Below are positions 1-10,212 of a stretch of 64,000 bases of DNA, in pieces; within the stretch, counting starts at the first letter, position 1; the number at the start of each line of letters is the position of its first letter. The position numbers and the translations under genes are program-made. The notes under the pieces were generated by a model. The model was not told where the DNA came from and did not search any database. It worked only from the letters and a program-made list of their open reading frames with translations. The stretch lies in NCBI GenBank assembly GCA_963804995.1, contig CAWDSK010000006.1:384001-448000 (forward strand), written 5' to 3'. The DNA is from an uncultured Acidobacteriota bacterium. GTDB lineage: Bacteria > Acidobacteriota > Terriglobia > UBA7540.

Positions 1-718
1 CCTTGCCGCCGCCCGTAGGTACGGTCAGCCGAAAGAATCCGGGAAGCTGCTCGGCGGCGCTTACCGCAGCAAGATAAACTTCGTGACGGATGCGGTTTAA
101 GGGGTCAGCTTGCTTCCCACTCAAGGCAAGTTGGTTCAATTCAAAAACTCGCGACAAGTCCTCAAGAGAGGTCGGTCGCGGTCGGATGGCTGACTTCTCG
201 GGATTGAAGTGACGCTCTGTATCCAGAAAGTCGCTGTCTACCAACGCTGAGAACAGCATTCGGAGGAAGAAGTCGGCCCCAAGCTCTGAGCGAACAAACA
301 CGGGCAGCCGAAGGGGGCGCTCGGGCTCAAGCAACAAACCGGAACGCTGTGCGATGGCCAACGCCTCGCCCGTGCGCCCTTCATTGGTTTTTTCGCGTAG
401 CCAGTTCTTCAGGTCTGCGCGGGACGGCAAGCCTCCATGGTGTCCGGCGACGAGGAAAGCCAGCGCGTCGCAAACCTTCGAGGCCATCAGCGCACCTGCA
501 CCCTTGTGATCCGGTCCGTGGGGGGCAGCAGGTGCGCTTAGGTAGGCTTGGAAGTCGGGATGAAATTTGCCGAGGTCGTGCCACAAACCAACCCAGTGGC
601 CCAGCTCTTCGGCCTCAAACTCTCCGCCACATTTCGACGCAAGCTTGGCGACCTCTTGTAAGTGGGTCGCTAGGTCGTGCCTGACGCCACGATAGTTCTC
701 TGAATGCGCGAAGGCCAT
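1..718 (-). CDS. cas3: CRISPR-associated HD nuclease/helicase Cas3, 5' part (runs off left edge); type I-C-like
   Basis: Manual minus-strand translation from ATG at 718: MAFAHSENYRGVRHDLATHL...GLWHDLGKF (HD motif)...DHKGAG...AGHHGGLP...FFLRMLFSALVDSDFLDTE...PGFFRLTVPTGGGK (helicase motif I). The frame is open to position 2. Confidence 0.93.
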   Translation of the reverse strand, partial: MAFAHSENYRGVRHDLATHLQEVAKLASKCGGEFEAEELGHWVGLWHDLGKFHPDFQAYLSAPAAPHGPDHKGAGALMASKVCDALAFLVAGHHGGLPSRADLKNWLREKTNEGRTGEALAIAQRSGLLLEPERPLRLPVFVRSELGADFFLRMLFSALVDSDFLDTERHFNPEKSAIRPRPTSLEDLSRVFELNQLALSGKQADPLNRIRHEVYLAAVSAAEQLPGFFRLTVPTGGGK

Positions 719-832
719 TCCGCGCAATTCTCGCACATGGCCTGGAGATTTCGTACTGATTTTGGAAAGGCGAAGCAGGCAGCCATCAGAGTTGTCCTTC
801 ACCTCCGCCGCTATTTGCTTTGCCCGCACAAG

Positions 833-863
833 GCCGCAGACTTCATGGACAAGTCTGCGCTAC
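833..863 (-). repeat. GTAG-type REP palindrome
   Basis: Minus strand GTAGCGCAGACTTGTCCATGAAGTCTGCGGC: GTAG foot followed by a hairpin. Confidence 0.6.
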
Positions 864-950
864 AACCTGCGGCTTCAGACCCAGAGGATTTTGAGGGCAG
901 TGCCCCCGCGCTCGAAGTCCTGGATAATGGTCAGCAAGCGCTGGGCGTTA

Positions 951-995
951 GCATGTGCCGACCTCCCGACCAAGTCCGGTTCCGGTCGGCGCTAC
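951..995. repeat. Half REP doublet (GCATGTGC family) with nested insert
   Basis: GCATGTGCCGACC...GGTCGGCGCTAC matches the right half of the element at 32728-32777, with the loop replaced by a longer CCCGAC-containing sequence. Confidence 0.6.
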
Positions 996-1629
996 AAAGA
1001 CAGGCGATGCGGTCCGGGAGGCCGAACAGTCGCCCACCATTAAGATCGGCGGACTTTCAGCCGCGGCGACCCCTACATGACGCCGTTCCCGAGCCCGGCA
1101 AGATCACTTTCGTCTTCCCTCAAGCACGGGACACGGGATATGGGGCACGGGAAACTGGATTCGGGGTTGGGATTTCGGGCAAAGTGGGGGCTGCCCCAGC
1201 CGCGCCCGCCAGCGATCACGCCGCGTTCCTCAGGCGCGCCGCATAGGCCCTGGCTTGTTGCCGCGCAGCAAACGCAAAGCTGTCGGAAATCACTTTCCGG
1301 TTAGCCCCTCAATTTTTCGCTCGCTTGTTCGTCTTTTATTCGCCTAAAGCCTCCTTTGAACTGATGCCGGGAGTTGCGGGGATGTGCGGGGATTTGTGGG
1401 GTAGCCACAATGCATTCGGCCCAAAACCTGCTTTCCTGAAATTTGACCCACGGCCAAAATTCAAACTGTACCGAAATCTGGCGGGTGCCCCCGGGCCGCG
1501 CTTTTGCGAGCTTCGTGTATAATTGCCTGCACCTCATCGTCACCCAGAGATTTTCCGGCAATGCTAAATCGCGACGTTCCAAAAAGCGCTGTCGTCGGGT
1601 ACAATCCAACTTCTCGTGGGAGGGTTAGA

Positions 1630-3582
1630 ATGCGCAAGCTAACGCGGCGGGAATTTGCTCACATGGCGGGTCTTGCCACCGGCACTTGGGGTGCGACCGC
1701 GATATACCCGGACTGGATCCGAGCGGCGGGGAAACCACTTGGATCTCCAACTCCGTCCCCCCAGCCGCAGGTTAATGCCAATCTGTACTCTGACCTTTTG
1801 AAGAGCTGGTGCGATGGGTTGATGTCCGTGCAGATCCTGAGCCCCCGCAGTCTCCATCACGGGGGAATTCTGTGTCCGGTTTGCGGGATGATCCATGGGT
1901 GCTGCGGCAATGCGCTCTATCCGTTCTTGCGCACGGCGCGAACCACCGGCGACTCCAAATACATCGAAGCCGGACTGCTGGTGCACGACTGGATGGATAA
2001 GGTCGAAGGCCGTCCCGACGGCAGTTGGCTCGAGGAAGTCGACAAGAGCCCCTGGAAAGGGCCGACGGTTTTTCAAGCCATCGCGCTGGCGGAAGCCCTT
2101 CAGCACCACGGCTCGCTGGTGGAGGCACGTATCCGGCAGGGATGGACTGACCGGCTGGCGCGGGCGGCGAATTGGCTCGACCTTAACATGAACATTCAGA
2201 CGGGGAACATCAATTACCCGGTGACCGCCACCTACGGCTTTGCGGTCTTAGGTCAGGTGCTGGATAAACCGCATTATACCGACCGTGCCCGCCAGATTGC
2301 CCACACCACCCTGGACTATTTTACCGACAACGGTTTGTTGTTCGGGGAAGGCCATCCGCTTAAAGCCGTCACTCCCAAGGGCTGCCACCCCGTGGATTTG
2401 GGCTACAACGTCGAGGAATCGCTGCCCTCGCTGACGCTCTATGCCTTGGCCACCAACGACCAGCAAGTCCTGGACCGGGTGGTCAGCTCGCTGCGAGCGC
2501 ACATGGAGTTTATGCTTCCCGACGGCGCCTGGGATAACAGTTTCGGCACCCGCAACTTCAAGTGGAGTTGGTGGGGAAGCCGCACCAGCGATGGGTGTCA
2601 TCCGGCTTATGAACTGCTGGCGGACCACGATCCCAGGTTCCGCGAGGTCGCCTGGCGCAATCTGCAATTGCTGGACGCGTGCACTCACAACGGCATGCTT
2701 TACGGTGGCCCGGATTACTTTGCCCATGGGGACTGGCCGTGTATACAACACACCTATGAACACGCCAAGGCCCTGGCCACCGTACTGGACCGCGTTCCCG
2801 ACGCGCTTGAACCCAAGCCGCGCGTGAGTTTGCCGCGCGAGGAGGCTTATGGTCTGAAGAGTTTTCCCGAAATCGGCACCCGTCTGGCGGCCATCGGGGG
2901 GTGGCGGGCCACCGTGACCGAATATGACTGGGGTTATTCGGGGTTCGGCGTACCCGGTGGCGGGCATGCGAGTGGCGGAGCTCTGTCGCTGCTCTATCAC
3001 CTGGCGCTCGGCCCCATCCTGGTGGCCAGCATGACCGAGGAGGAGATGGTCGAACCCCTCAATCAGCAGACCTACCACGATCGTCCGCACATGACCCTGA
3101 CCACCCGGGTTGAGTGCGCGGCCGAGGATCGGGTCTACACCAGCTTGAGCGACCTGGACGCGGTGGTAACCGCGAATACCGCCCCGCAGCAAATTACCAT
3201 CGCCGCGCAGGGCCGATTACTGACGGCTGCGCACCAAACTTTTGTCGAACGTGACGTGCACTATAATTTGATCTACCGGCTGAGCGAAAATAAAGTTGAG
3301 ATCGTCGCCAGTACAGACAATAGCGGGCCCGCTCCCGTGCGATTTATCCTGCCCGTGGTCGCCTCCCAGGGGGAGGCAGCCGAGCACGTCGATCCCAAGA
3401 CAGTTCGCGTGACGAAGCGAGGCAAACATCTGCTGGTTCGCACCGACGCACCGCAAGGCTTCGAATGGCAGTCGAGCGAACGCACCTTCAACCTGATTCC
3501 GGGGTTCGAGTGCCTGCCGCTCGCCATCACCCTGCAGCCGGGCCGGGAAATTCGGGTGGAATTGAGCGTCGAGAGCGCGTGA
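1630..3582 (+). CDS. Tat-exported uncharacterised protein, probable glycan-active enzyme (helical toroid plus beta-rich C-terminus)
   Basis: ATG at 1630 after GGGAGGG. Twin-arginine motif TRREF, a CPVCGMIHGCC cluster and a Trp-rich WDNSFGTRNFKWSWWGSRTSDGC segment. Lies next to a GH3 and a TonB-dependent receptor. Confidence 0.6.
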   Translation: MRKLTRREFAHMAGLATGTWGATAIYPDWIRAAGKPLGSPTPSPQPQVNANLYSDLLKSWCDGLMSVQILSPRSLHHGGILCPVCGMIHGCCGNALYPFLRTARTTGDSKYIEAGLLVHDWMDKVEGRPDGSWLEEVDKSPWKGPTVFQAIALAEALQHHGSLVEARIRQGWTDRLARAANWLDLNMNIQTGNINYPVTATYGFAVLGQVLDKPHYTDRARQIAHTTLDYFTDNGLLFGEGHPLKAVTPKGCHPVDLGYNVEESLPSLTLYALATNDQQVLDRVVSSLRAHMEFMLPDGAWDNSFGTRNFKWSWWGSRTSDGCHPAYELLADHDPRFREVAWRNLQLLDACTHNGMLYGGPDYFAHGDWPCIQHTYEHAKALATVLDRVPDALEPKPRVSLPREEAYGLKSFPEIGTRLAAIGGWRATVTEYDWGYSGFGVPGGGHASGGALSLLYHLALGPILVASMTEEEMVEPLNQQTYHDRPHMTLTTRVECAAEDRVYTSLSDLDAVVTANTAPQQITIAAQGRLLTAAHQTFVERDVHYNLIYRLSENKVEIVASTDNSGPAPVRFILPVVASQGEAAEHVDPKTVRVTKRGKHLLVRTDAPQGFEWQSSERTFNLIPGFECLPLAITLQPGREIRVELSVESA

Positions 3583-3604
3583 ACGGTTCGCATGTATCTC
3601 GGCT

Positions 3605-3652
3605 GTAGCGGCGCTCTATGAGCGCCGACCGGCGGTCATAGACCGCCGCTAC
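3605..3652. repeat. GTAG-type REP doublet (REPIN-like)
   Basis: GTAGCGGCGCTC-TAT-GAGCGCCG-ACC-GGCGGTC-ATA-GACCGCCGCTAC: two hairpins bounded by GTAG and CTAC. Confidence 0.8.
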
Positions 3653-3767
3653 AATTTATGGCGCTCTGTATAGAAATCAGGATTTAGAATCTCAGCGCTG
3701 AACCTGCCCTAAGCCTTCCATCTTAGAGTCCGGGTCCGTTCGCATCGCCTCATGGAGGTTATAGATA

Positions 3768-6152
3768 ATGGGAAACAAAACCTTTTGGTGTTGGGTCGTC
3801 GCAGCCGGTACGACGCTCGGGTCACTCTCGGTAATTTTCGCGCAAGCCGCAGGCCAAACGCCCATCTACCTTGATCCAAAACGGCCCGTCGAAGAGCGCA
3901 TCGATGACTTGATGAGCCGTATGACGCTGAAGGAAAAAATCGGGCAGCTTAATTTATCCCATGGAGCGCTGGAGCACTATGGCATTCGCGCTGAACATGA
4001 CGATGAGCCGGGAAGAGAGTCTCGGAGGAAGATGGAGACGTACAAGAAATTCATTGCCGGGACGTATTCTGAGAAGATCGGGCCGGCCTGCGGAATCTGG
4101 AGGCTGGGCAGTGAGATGCCGACTGAAAACGCCCAACAGTTAGCGGGGTATTTGAACGAGCTGCAAAAGGTTGCGCTGACCGAGACGCGCCTGAAAATAC
4201 CGGCTATGGCGGATGAAGAAGGCGTGCATGGCGCCATGTTCGCGGGCGCCACAGTTTTCCCGGAGGGTCCTGCCATCGCCAGTTCCTTCGACATGGACCT
4301 GGTACAGGCAATTTACGCGGCGGCAGCGGCGGAGGCGCGAGCGGTGGGGATTCACAGTCTTTCCTCCCTGGTGATGGAAGTAAATCGCGATCCGCGCTTG
4401 GGCCGGCTCGAGGAAGGCTACACCGAAGACCCGTACCTTCTGACGCGCCTCGGCGAAGCCCTGGTCCGTGGTACGCAAGGCTACGATATCTCGGCTCCGG
4501 ATAAGACCATCGCCTTGCTGACAAATTTTCCCACCCAAAGCGAACCCTCGAGCGGCCTGGAGCGCGGGGCGGTTGAGGTATCGGAGCGATCCTTGCGCGA
4601 GAACTTTCTGCCGCCCTGGATCGGAACCATCTCGAAAACCGGGGCCTTGGGGGTGATGGCGAGTTACGCGGAAATCGAGGATGTGCCGGCGCACGCCTCA
4701 GTGAAGTGGATCAACAATGTCTTGCGGCAGGAACTGGGTTTCCAAGGATTCGTGATTAGCGAAGGCAACGGCTTCGAAACCTTGCTCTATGAGAGCATCG
4801 TTCCCACCCAAAAGGAGGCTGGACCACTGGGCTTGAAGGCGGGAATCGATTTGGATAACTCCTACGTTACCTACGGGCCCGCCTTGGTCGAGAACGTGGA
4901 AGAAGGGCGGGTCCCCATGGCGCTGGTGGATCGGGCGGTGCGCAGAGTTTTGGAAGTGAAGTTCCGCCTCGGCCTTTTCGAGAACCCTTACGCCGACCCG
5001 GACCGGGTGAAAATCGTGCACTCGAAGGAGTATCAGGACCTGGCGCTGCGCGCGGGCCGCGAAGGAATCGTGTTGCTGAAAAACGACAAGAACCTGTTGC
5101 CGCTCAGGAAGGATTTGAAATCGGTGGCGGTGATTGGGCCCGACGCGGACAACATCGTGAACCAACTGGGCGACTATTCGGCGAGGGCGCCCGCGGAGCA
5201 GGTGACGACGGTGATCCAGGGAATCAAAGCTGCAGTCTCACCCCAAACCAAAGTCACCGCGGCGCGCGGCTGCAAAATACTGGGCACGGATAAGAGCGGG
5301 TTTGCGGAAGCGGTGCGGGCCGCCAAGGGCGCGGACGTCGCCATTGTGGTGGTGGGAGAAAGCCAGCGCACGTGGAACGAGGCTGATCGTCGGGACTGGC
5401 CGGCCACGGACGGTGAAGGCTACGACGTGGCCAGCCTGGATTTGCAAGGTGTGCAGGAGGACCTGATCCAGGCGGTCTTCGAGACGGGAACTCCCACGGT
5501 GGTGGTGCTCATCAACGGCCGGACCCTTTCCACGCGCTGGGAGTCGGAGCACGTGCCGGCGCTGGTGGAAGCCTGGTTACCCGGCGAGCGCGGCGGCGAA
5601 GCGGTGGCCGACGTGCTGTTTGGGAATTACAACCCCACCGGACGGTTGGCCCTCTCGGTGGCACGGAGCACCGGCCAATTGCCCATCTACTACAATTACA
5701 AGCCGGGCAAAGCTTACCGGATCAGGGTGGGGCAAAACTACGTTGACATGCCGGCGACGCCGCTTTACCCCTTTGGTTATGGGCTGAGCTATACCAATTT
5801 TGAGTATAGCAATCTGCGGATTGAGCCGGCGGAAATTCGCCCGGGCGGCGAGGCGCGCGTGACCTTGGACGTGAAAAACGTGGGCAGCCGGGCAGGCGTG
5901 GAAACCGTGCAACTCTACCTTCACGAGAAATACGCCCCGGTGGCAACCCCCGTCAAACAGCTTCGCGGATTTGAGCGCGTGCCGCTTGACCCCGGAGAAA
6001 CCAAGACCGTCACCCTGAAGCTGACCCCGGAAGACCTCCAGTTACTCAACATCGATATGCACTGGCGCGTCGTGCCGGGCGATTTTGAGATCATGCTGGG
6101 AAAATCGTCAGCGGATATAGCTCTGCAGGGAATACTGAAGGTAACGCCGTAG
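3768..6152 (+). CDS. Glycoside hydrolase family 3 protein (signal peptide, GH3 N and C domains, Fn3-like domain), atypical active site
   Basis: MTLKEKIGQL, RDPRLGR..E...EDPYL, GIVLLKND..LLPL, LVEAWLPGERGG, PLYPFGYGLSYT, KQLRGFERV. RBS GGAGG. Confidence 0.92.
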   Translation: MGNKTFWCWVVAAGTTLGSLSVIFAQAAGQTPIYLDPKRPVEERIDDLMSRMTLKEKIGQLNLSHGALEHYGIRAEHDDEPGRESRRKMETYKKFIAGTYSEKIGPACGIWRLGSEMPTENAQQLAGYLNELQKVALTETRLKIPAMADEEGVHGAMFAGATVFPEGPAIASSFDMDLVQAIYAAAAAEARAVGIHSLSSLVMEVNRDPRLGRLEEGYTEDPYLLTRLGEALVRGTQGYDISAPDKTIALLTNFPTQSEPSSGLERGAVEVSERSLRENFLPPWIGTISKTGALGVMASYAEIEDVPAHASVKWINNVLRQELGFQGFVISEGNGFETLLYESIVPTQKEAGPLGLKAGIDLDNSYVTYGPALVENVEEGRVPMALVDRAVRRVLEVKFRLGLFENPYADPDRVKIVHSKEYQDLALRAGREGIVLLKNDKNLLPLRKDLKSVAVIGPDADNIVNQLGDYSARAPAEQVTTVIQGIKAAVSPQTKVTAARGCKILGTDKSGFAEAVRAAKGADVAIVVVGESQRTWNEADRRDWPATDGEGYDVASLDLQGVQEDLIQAVFETGTPTVVVLINGRTLSTRWESEHVPALVEAWLPGERGGEAVADVLFGNYNPTGRLALSVARSTGQLPIYYNYKPGKAYRIRVGQNYVDMPATPLYPFGYGLSYTNFEYSNLRIEPAEIRPGGEARVTLDVKNVGSRAGVETVQLYLHEKYAPVATPVKQLRGFERVPLDPGETKTVTLKLTPEDLQLLNIDMHWRVVPGDFEIMLGKSSADIALQGILKVTP

Positions 6153-6578
6153 CGAGCGCGCAGCGTGGGGGGTGGGGCGCGTTCGCCTCTGCGCCGGCGC
6201 CGGGCGGACAAAGGTCTCGCCGCGATGGGGAATTCATCCTGAGGTTCGGATCCGTGACTGGCAAGAGCCGCCCCAGGCGCCCGAACGCTATGGGCTGGTT
6301 TGACTCGAATACCAGACCCTCCTCCCGCCATAAGCTCACAGATCACGTCCTAACTGACCCGGACATTTCATCACGCGCTAATGACAGCCATGCAAAGCTT
6401 TCTTGACATACCGCATTTCATTATGATAAAAGTGCTCGCGAAATATTAGTCAGCACCAAGATTCAGGTTATGCACAGCTAAAATTGATAGTATATGCGGC
6501 CAAGATCACAGCGGCCGCTTGGCGTCCAAGGGTCAAAGGGCAAAACAGGGTAGATTCAATCCGCGGGAGGATTGCCAT

Positions 6579-9500
6579 ATGCTGCGAAAATGCTTGGGCT
6601 TATTCATGCTCGTCTGCTTGAGTGCCGCCGGTGCCTTCGCTCAGGACACGGCAACAATTGTTGGCACGGTTACAGACACATCCGGGGCGGTTATCCCGGG
6701 CGCCAAGGTTGAGGTGGCGCAACCTGCGAAGGGTTATCTGCGGGAATTGGTGAGCAACTCGGCAGGAGAGTTTAACGCCCCCGGGTTGCCCATTGGATTG
6801 TATACCGTCACCGCCGAAGCCACGGGCTTTGAAAAGCTTGTCCACACCGATATCGCCCTTACCGCCGGCCAAATCCAGCGCGTGGACATGAAACTGACGG
6901 TGGGCCAGGTCACCCAGGAGGTTACGGTGGCTGGAAATGTGACCACCGTGCAGACGGAGAACGCGACCATTTCCGGAGTCATATCCGCCACGCAGGTGGA
7001 GAATCTCAATTTGAATGGACGCAACTTCCTGGCTTTGACGGTTCTGGTCCCCGGCGCCGTGCCCGACAATAATTTCACTCCCCAGCACTTGGGTCACTTG
7101 GGCTCTTGTGTGGGAGTTTACTATGACGGGCTGCGATCGGAATTCAGCAACCTGGAGATTGATGGCGGTAATAACTCCGACGAAGCGGGCGGCGGCAACG
7201 GCGGCGACACCACGCCTTCCTTGAACTCCATCGCGGAATTCCGTCTTTCGACTTCCAACTACGGCGCCAACGTCGGACAACACGCCGGCCCGATCATCGA
7301 AGTGGTCACGAAATCCGGCACCAAAGACTTCCACGGCAATATGCACGAATTTGTGCGCAATGACGTCATGGATGCCAACGCCTTCTTCTTGAATCGAGAG
7401 ATCGCCCCGACGGGCGGCAACGCCCCCAAGCAACCCTTGAAGTGGAACACTTACGGCTTCACCTTTGGCGGGCCGTTCTACATCCCGAACCACTACAATA
7501 CGAGCAAGTCCAAGACTTTCTTTTTCTATTCCGAAGAGTTTGCGGCCTATCGGGAAGGGGCGACGATTTCCGGGACAGTTCCTTCACTGAAGATGAGGCA
7601 AGGGGACTTCGGGGAGTGTGACCCGAACTCCGCTGAGGCCAATCCCGTCATTATCTCACAGGGATGCACTCTGCCCACCAATCCCCTTACCAATCAACTC
7701 TACGCGGGAAATCAGGTTCCGGTCGACCCCAATGCCACCGCCTTGTTGTCGCCTTTCATTCCGGTCCCCAATAGCGGCGTGGATTCGTATGTGTCGGCTC
7801 GCACGGTTCCGGAGAACTTCCGGGAAGAGCAGCTTCGGGTAGACCAGAATATCAGCGACAAGGCCCGCATTTTCGTCCGCTACACCCATGACACTTGGGA
7901 GCGGACGCAAACGCCCGCCCTCTGGACAAGCTCCCAATTCGACACCACCGCCACGCGAGTTCAGAACCCCACGGTGGCCGCCGTGTTGAACCTCACCTAC
8001 ACGTTCAAGCCCAACTTAGTCAGCGAATTCGTCATGGCGTACGGGGATGATCCCCACAACTACGTTCCTGTCCCCGGTCCTGCCAACCCTATCAACTCGG
8101 TAAACAAACCGTCCGGCTGGAACGCCAGTAATCTCTTCCCTGCCAACGCTTCCCAGGCTTTGCTTCCCGGTATCAATGTCTCGGGCGGAATACCCGGGTC
8201 GTTCGCCGAGGACTCCGGGGTCTACCCGTTCGTCAACACCAATCCCGTCACGACCGTTAAGGAAAAGATCGCCTGGTCGGTGGGGAAGCACACGCTCAAA
8301 ATGGGAATGTACCTGGAAAAGTACGAGAAGAATGAGGTTTACGGCTATGCGCCCCAAGGAGAACTGACGTTTTCCAGTTCCAGCGCGATTAGTACCGGCA
8401 ACGGGCTGGCCGACATGCTCCTGGGAAGGATTGGGCAGTACACGGAGGGCTCACCCTTCTATAATGGCATCGCCGTGGGTGGGTACAACAAGGGACACTA
8501 TCGTTCCACGCAGTTTGAGCCTTATATCCAGGATGACTGGAAGGTTACCCGGAAGCTGACCCTCAACCTGGGCTTGCGTTACTACTACCTTTCTCCCCTC
8601 CACAACGTCTCGCACCCCATCACGGATGCGAATTTTGTTCCCTCTCTCTATAATGCCAGTGACGCCCCGCAGTTGAATGCCTCCGGAAACCTGATCATCA
8701 GCCCCAACACCGTCAACTACACAACCTTCGGCAATGGGTTGGAGCAGTGTGGTAAGACTATCCCCACCGGGTGCACTTATGCGCACCAGGCCAATATTGC
8801 CCCCCGCTTCGGCTTTGCTTATGATCCCTTCGGCCATGGGACCAGCGTCATTCGAGGAGGGTATGGTATCTATTATGAGCCGCCCAACTTGATCAGTACG
8901 GAACAAATGGAGGGCAACCCACCTTTCAGTTTGACCAATTCGAACTATAACGTCCTCGGTTACCAGAATATTGTTCCCGGAGCCCTGGGGCCGGATACCA
9001 TGCATGCCATCCCTCTGTATGGGGTCTCAACTTACAGCCAACAGTTCAGCCTGGGGATGGAGCATCAGTTCTCCCACAATAATCTGGTGACGGTATCCTA
9101 CGTAGGAAGCCTCGGTCGTCATTTACCGAGACAACGTAACCTGAACCAGGTTCCCGACGGGGTGGGTATGGTGAACGCGCCCGCTCTGGCAGGGACACCC
9201 GGATGTGACGTTTCGGGCAATTGCAATGTGCAAAGTTTGTTGATCAATAATGTCCAGCCCACTATCTTTTTCGCCCCCTACCGTGGTTATTCGACCATGA
9301 ACATGCTGGAGCCCACGGCGATCTCTAGTTACAACGCCGTGCAGGGCAGTCTGCGGCATATGGTAGGTCACGGTCTCACCCTCCAGTTGATGTACACCTA
9401 TGGGCACACCCTGGACAACACCAGCGGTTACGCTCAGAGTTATGGCACCGACAACCAGAACTTGTCGCGCTGGTACGCCACTTCCAATATCAACCGGACG

Positions 9501-10109
9501 CATGTGTTTCAGGCGAGTTACGTCTATGACTTGCCTTTCTTCCACAATACCACTCACCCCTTCGTGAAAGAAGTGGGGGCCGGCTGGAAGATCAGCGGCA
9601 TTACCAGCTTCTTTAGCGGTCAACCCGTCGATGTCACCTGTGGGGTCAGCGGATATAGCACCGGTGTCGGAACGAATGTTCGTTGTGATTCTATAGGGAG
9701 ACTGGTCAAACAAAAGGGTGTCTTCAACGACCCGCAGTTTGGCCCGACGGCGACATTCTTCAACCCCGCCGTCGTCACCCAGCCGTTCCTCAGCCAGTTC
9801 GGCGCCAACGGCCAACCGGGCATGTTCGGCTATGTGGGACGCAACGCGCTGGAGGGCCCCGGCCGGAACAATTCCGACCTTGCCCTCCTCAAGAACTTTC
9901 CGATACCGTGGTTCGGGGGTGAGCACTCCGACTTGCAATTCCGTTTGGAGACCTTCAACTCCTTCAATCACACGCAATTTAACGCCATCAGCGCGAGTTG
10001 TAGTTCCTCCATATCCTTCGGTCAGCCTTGTACGAACCTGGGAAATGGCGAGGTAACGGGCGCTTTCAGTCCGCGTCAGATTCAGCTTGGTTTACAATTC
10101 GAGTTCTAA
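6579..10109 (+). CDS. TonB-dependent receptor, Oar-like, with N-terminal carboxypeptidase regulatory-like domain
   Basis: Signal peptide, GTVTDTSGAVIPGA, LNGRNFLAL, YIQDDWKVTRKLTLNLGLRY, APRFGFAYDP, and C-terminal RQIQLGLQFEF ending in Phe. RBS GGGAGG. Confidence 0.92.
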   Translation: MLRKCLGLFMLVCLSAAGAFAQDTATIVGTVTDTSGAVIPGAKVEVAQPAKGYLRELVSNSAGEFNAPGLPIGLYTVTAEATGFEKLVHTDIALTAGQIQRVDMKLTVGQVTQEVTVAGNVTTVQTENATISGVISATQVENLNLNGRNFLALTVLVPGAVPDNNFTPQHLGHLGSCVGVYYDGLRSEFSNLEIDGGNNSDEAGGGNGGDTTPSLNSIAEFRLSTSNYGANVGQHAGPIIEVVTKSGTKDFHGNMHEFVRNDVMDANAFFLNREIAPTGGNAPKQPLKWNTYGFTFGGPFYIPNHYNTSKSKTFFFYSEEFAAYREGATISGTVPSLKMRQGDFGECDPNSAEANPVIISQGCTLPTNPLTNQLYAGNQVPVDPNATALLSPFIPVPNSGVDSYVSARTVPENFREEQLRVDQNISDKARIFVRYTHDTWERTQTPALWTSSQFDTTATRVQNPTVAAVLNLTYTFKPNLVSEFVMAYGDDPHNYVPVPGPANPINSVNKPSGWNASNLFPANASQALLPGINVSGGIPGSFAEDSGVYPFVNTNPVTTVKEKIAWSVGKHTLKMGMYLEKYEKNEVYGYAPQGELTFSSSSAISTGNGLADMLLGRIGQYTEGSPFYNGIAVGGYNKGHYRSTQFEPYIQDDWKVTRKLTLNLGLRYYYLSPLHNVSHPITDANFVPSLYNASDAPQLNASGNLIISPNTVNYTTFGNGLEQCGKTIPTGCTYAHQANIAPRFGFAYDPFGHGTSVIRGGYGIYYEPPNLISTEQMEGNPPFSLTNSNYNVLGYQNIVPGALGPDTMHAIPLYGVSTYSQQFSLGMEHQFSHNNLVTVSYVGSLGRHLPRQRNLNQVPDGVGMVNAPALAGTPGCDVSGNCNVQSLLINNVQPTIFFAPYRGYSTMNMLEPTAISSYNAVQGSLRHMVGHGLTLQLMYTYGHTLDNTSGYAQSYGTDNQNLSRWYATSNINRTHVFQASYVYDLPFFHNTTHPFVKEVGAGWKISGITSFFSGQPVDVTCGVSGYSTGVGTNVRCDSIGRLVKQKGVFNDPQFGPTATFFNPAVVTQPFLSQFGANGQPGMFGYVGRNALEGPGRNNSDLALLKNFPIPWFGGEHSDLQFRLETFNSFNHTQFNAISASCSSSISFGQPCTNLGNGEVTGAFSPRQIQLGLQFEF

Positions 10110-10212
10110 TAGAGTGGGGGACGGAAGTCCTCCACCTCACCACGGGAAGACCAGCGCCCAAACCATCTTGAGCGATGGCAAAAGGACGCATGGTCTTCCT
10201 GGGCGGCCTGGC

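Noticed and set aside
704..1246. 180-aa plus-strand ORF and overlapping ORFs upstream of cas3
   Set aside because: They run through REP elements and low-complexity GGGA repeats and have no recognisable motif. Treated as intergenic.
6215..6390. GCGATGG...GCTAATGAC resembling a fluoride riboswitch
   Set aside because: The two parts are about 150 nt apart, the first stem does not pair properly, and the downstream gene is not fluoride-related.
6403..6432. TTGACA upstream of the TonB-dependent receptor
   Set aside because: No convincing -10 box at 16-18 bp (TATGAT is only 13 bp away), so not listed as a promoter.
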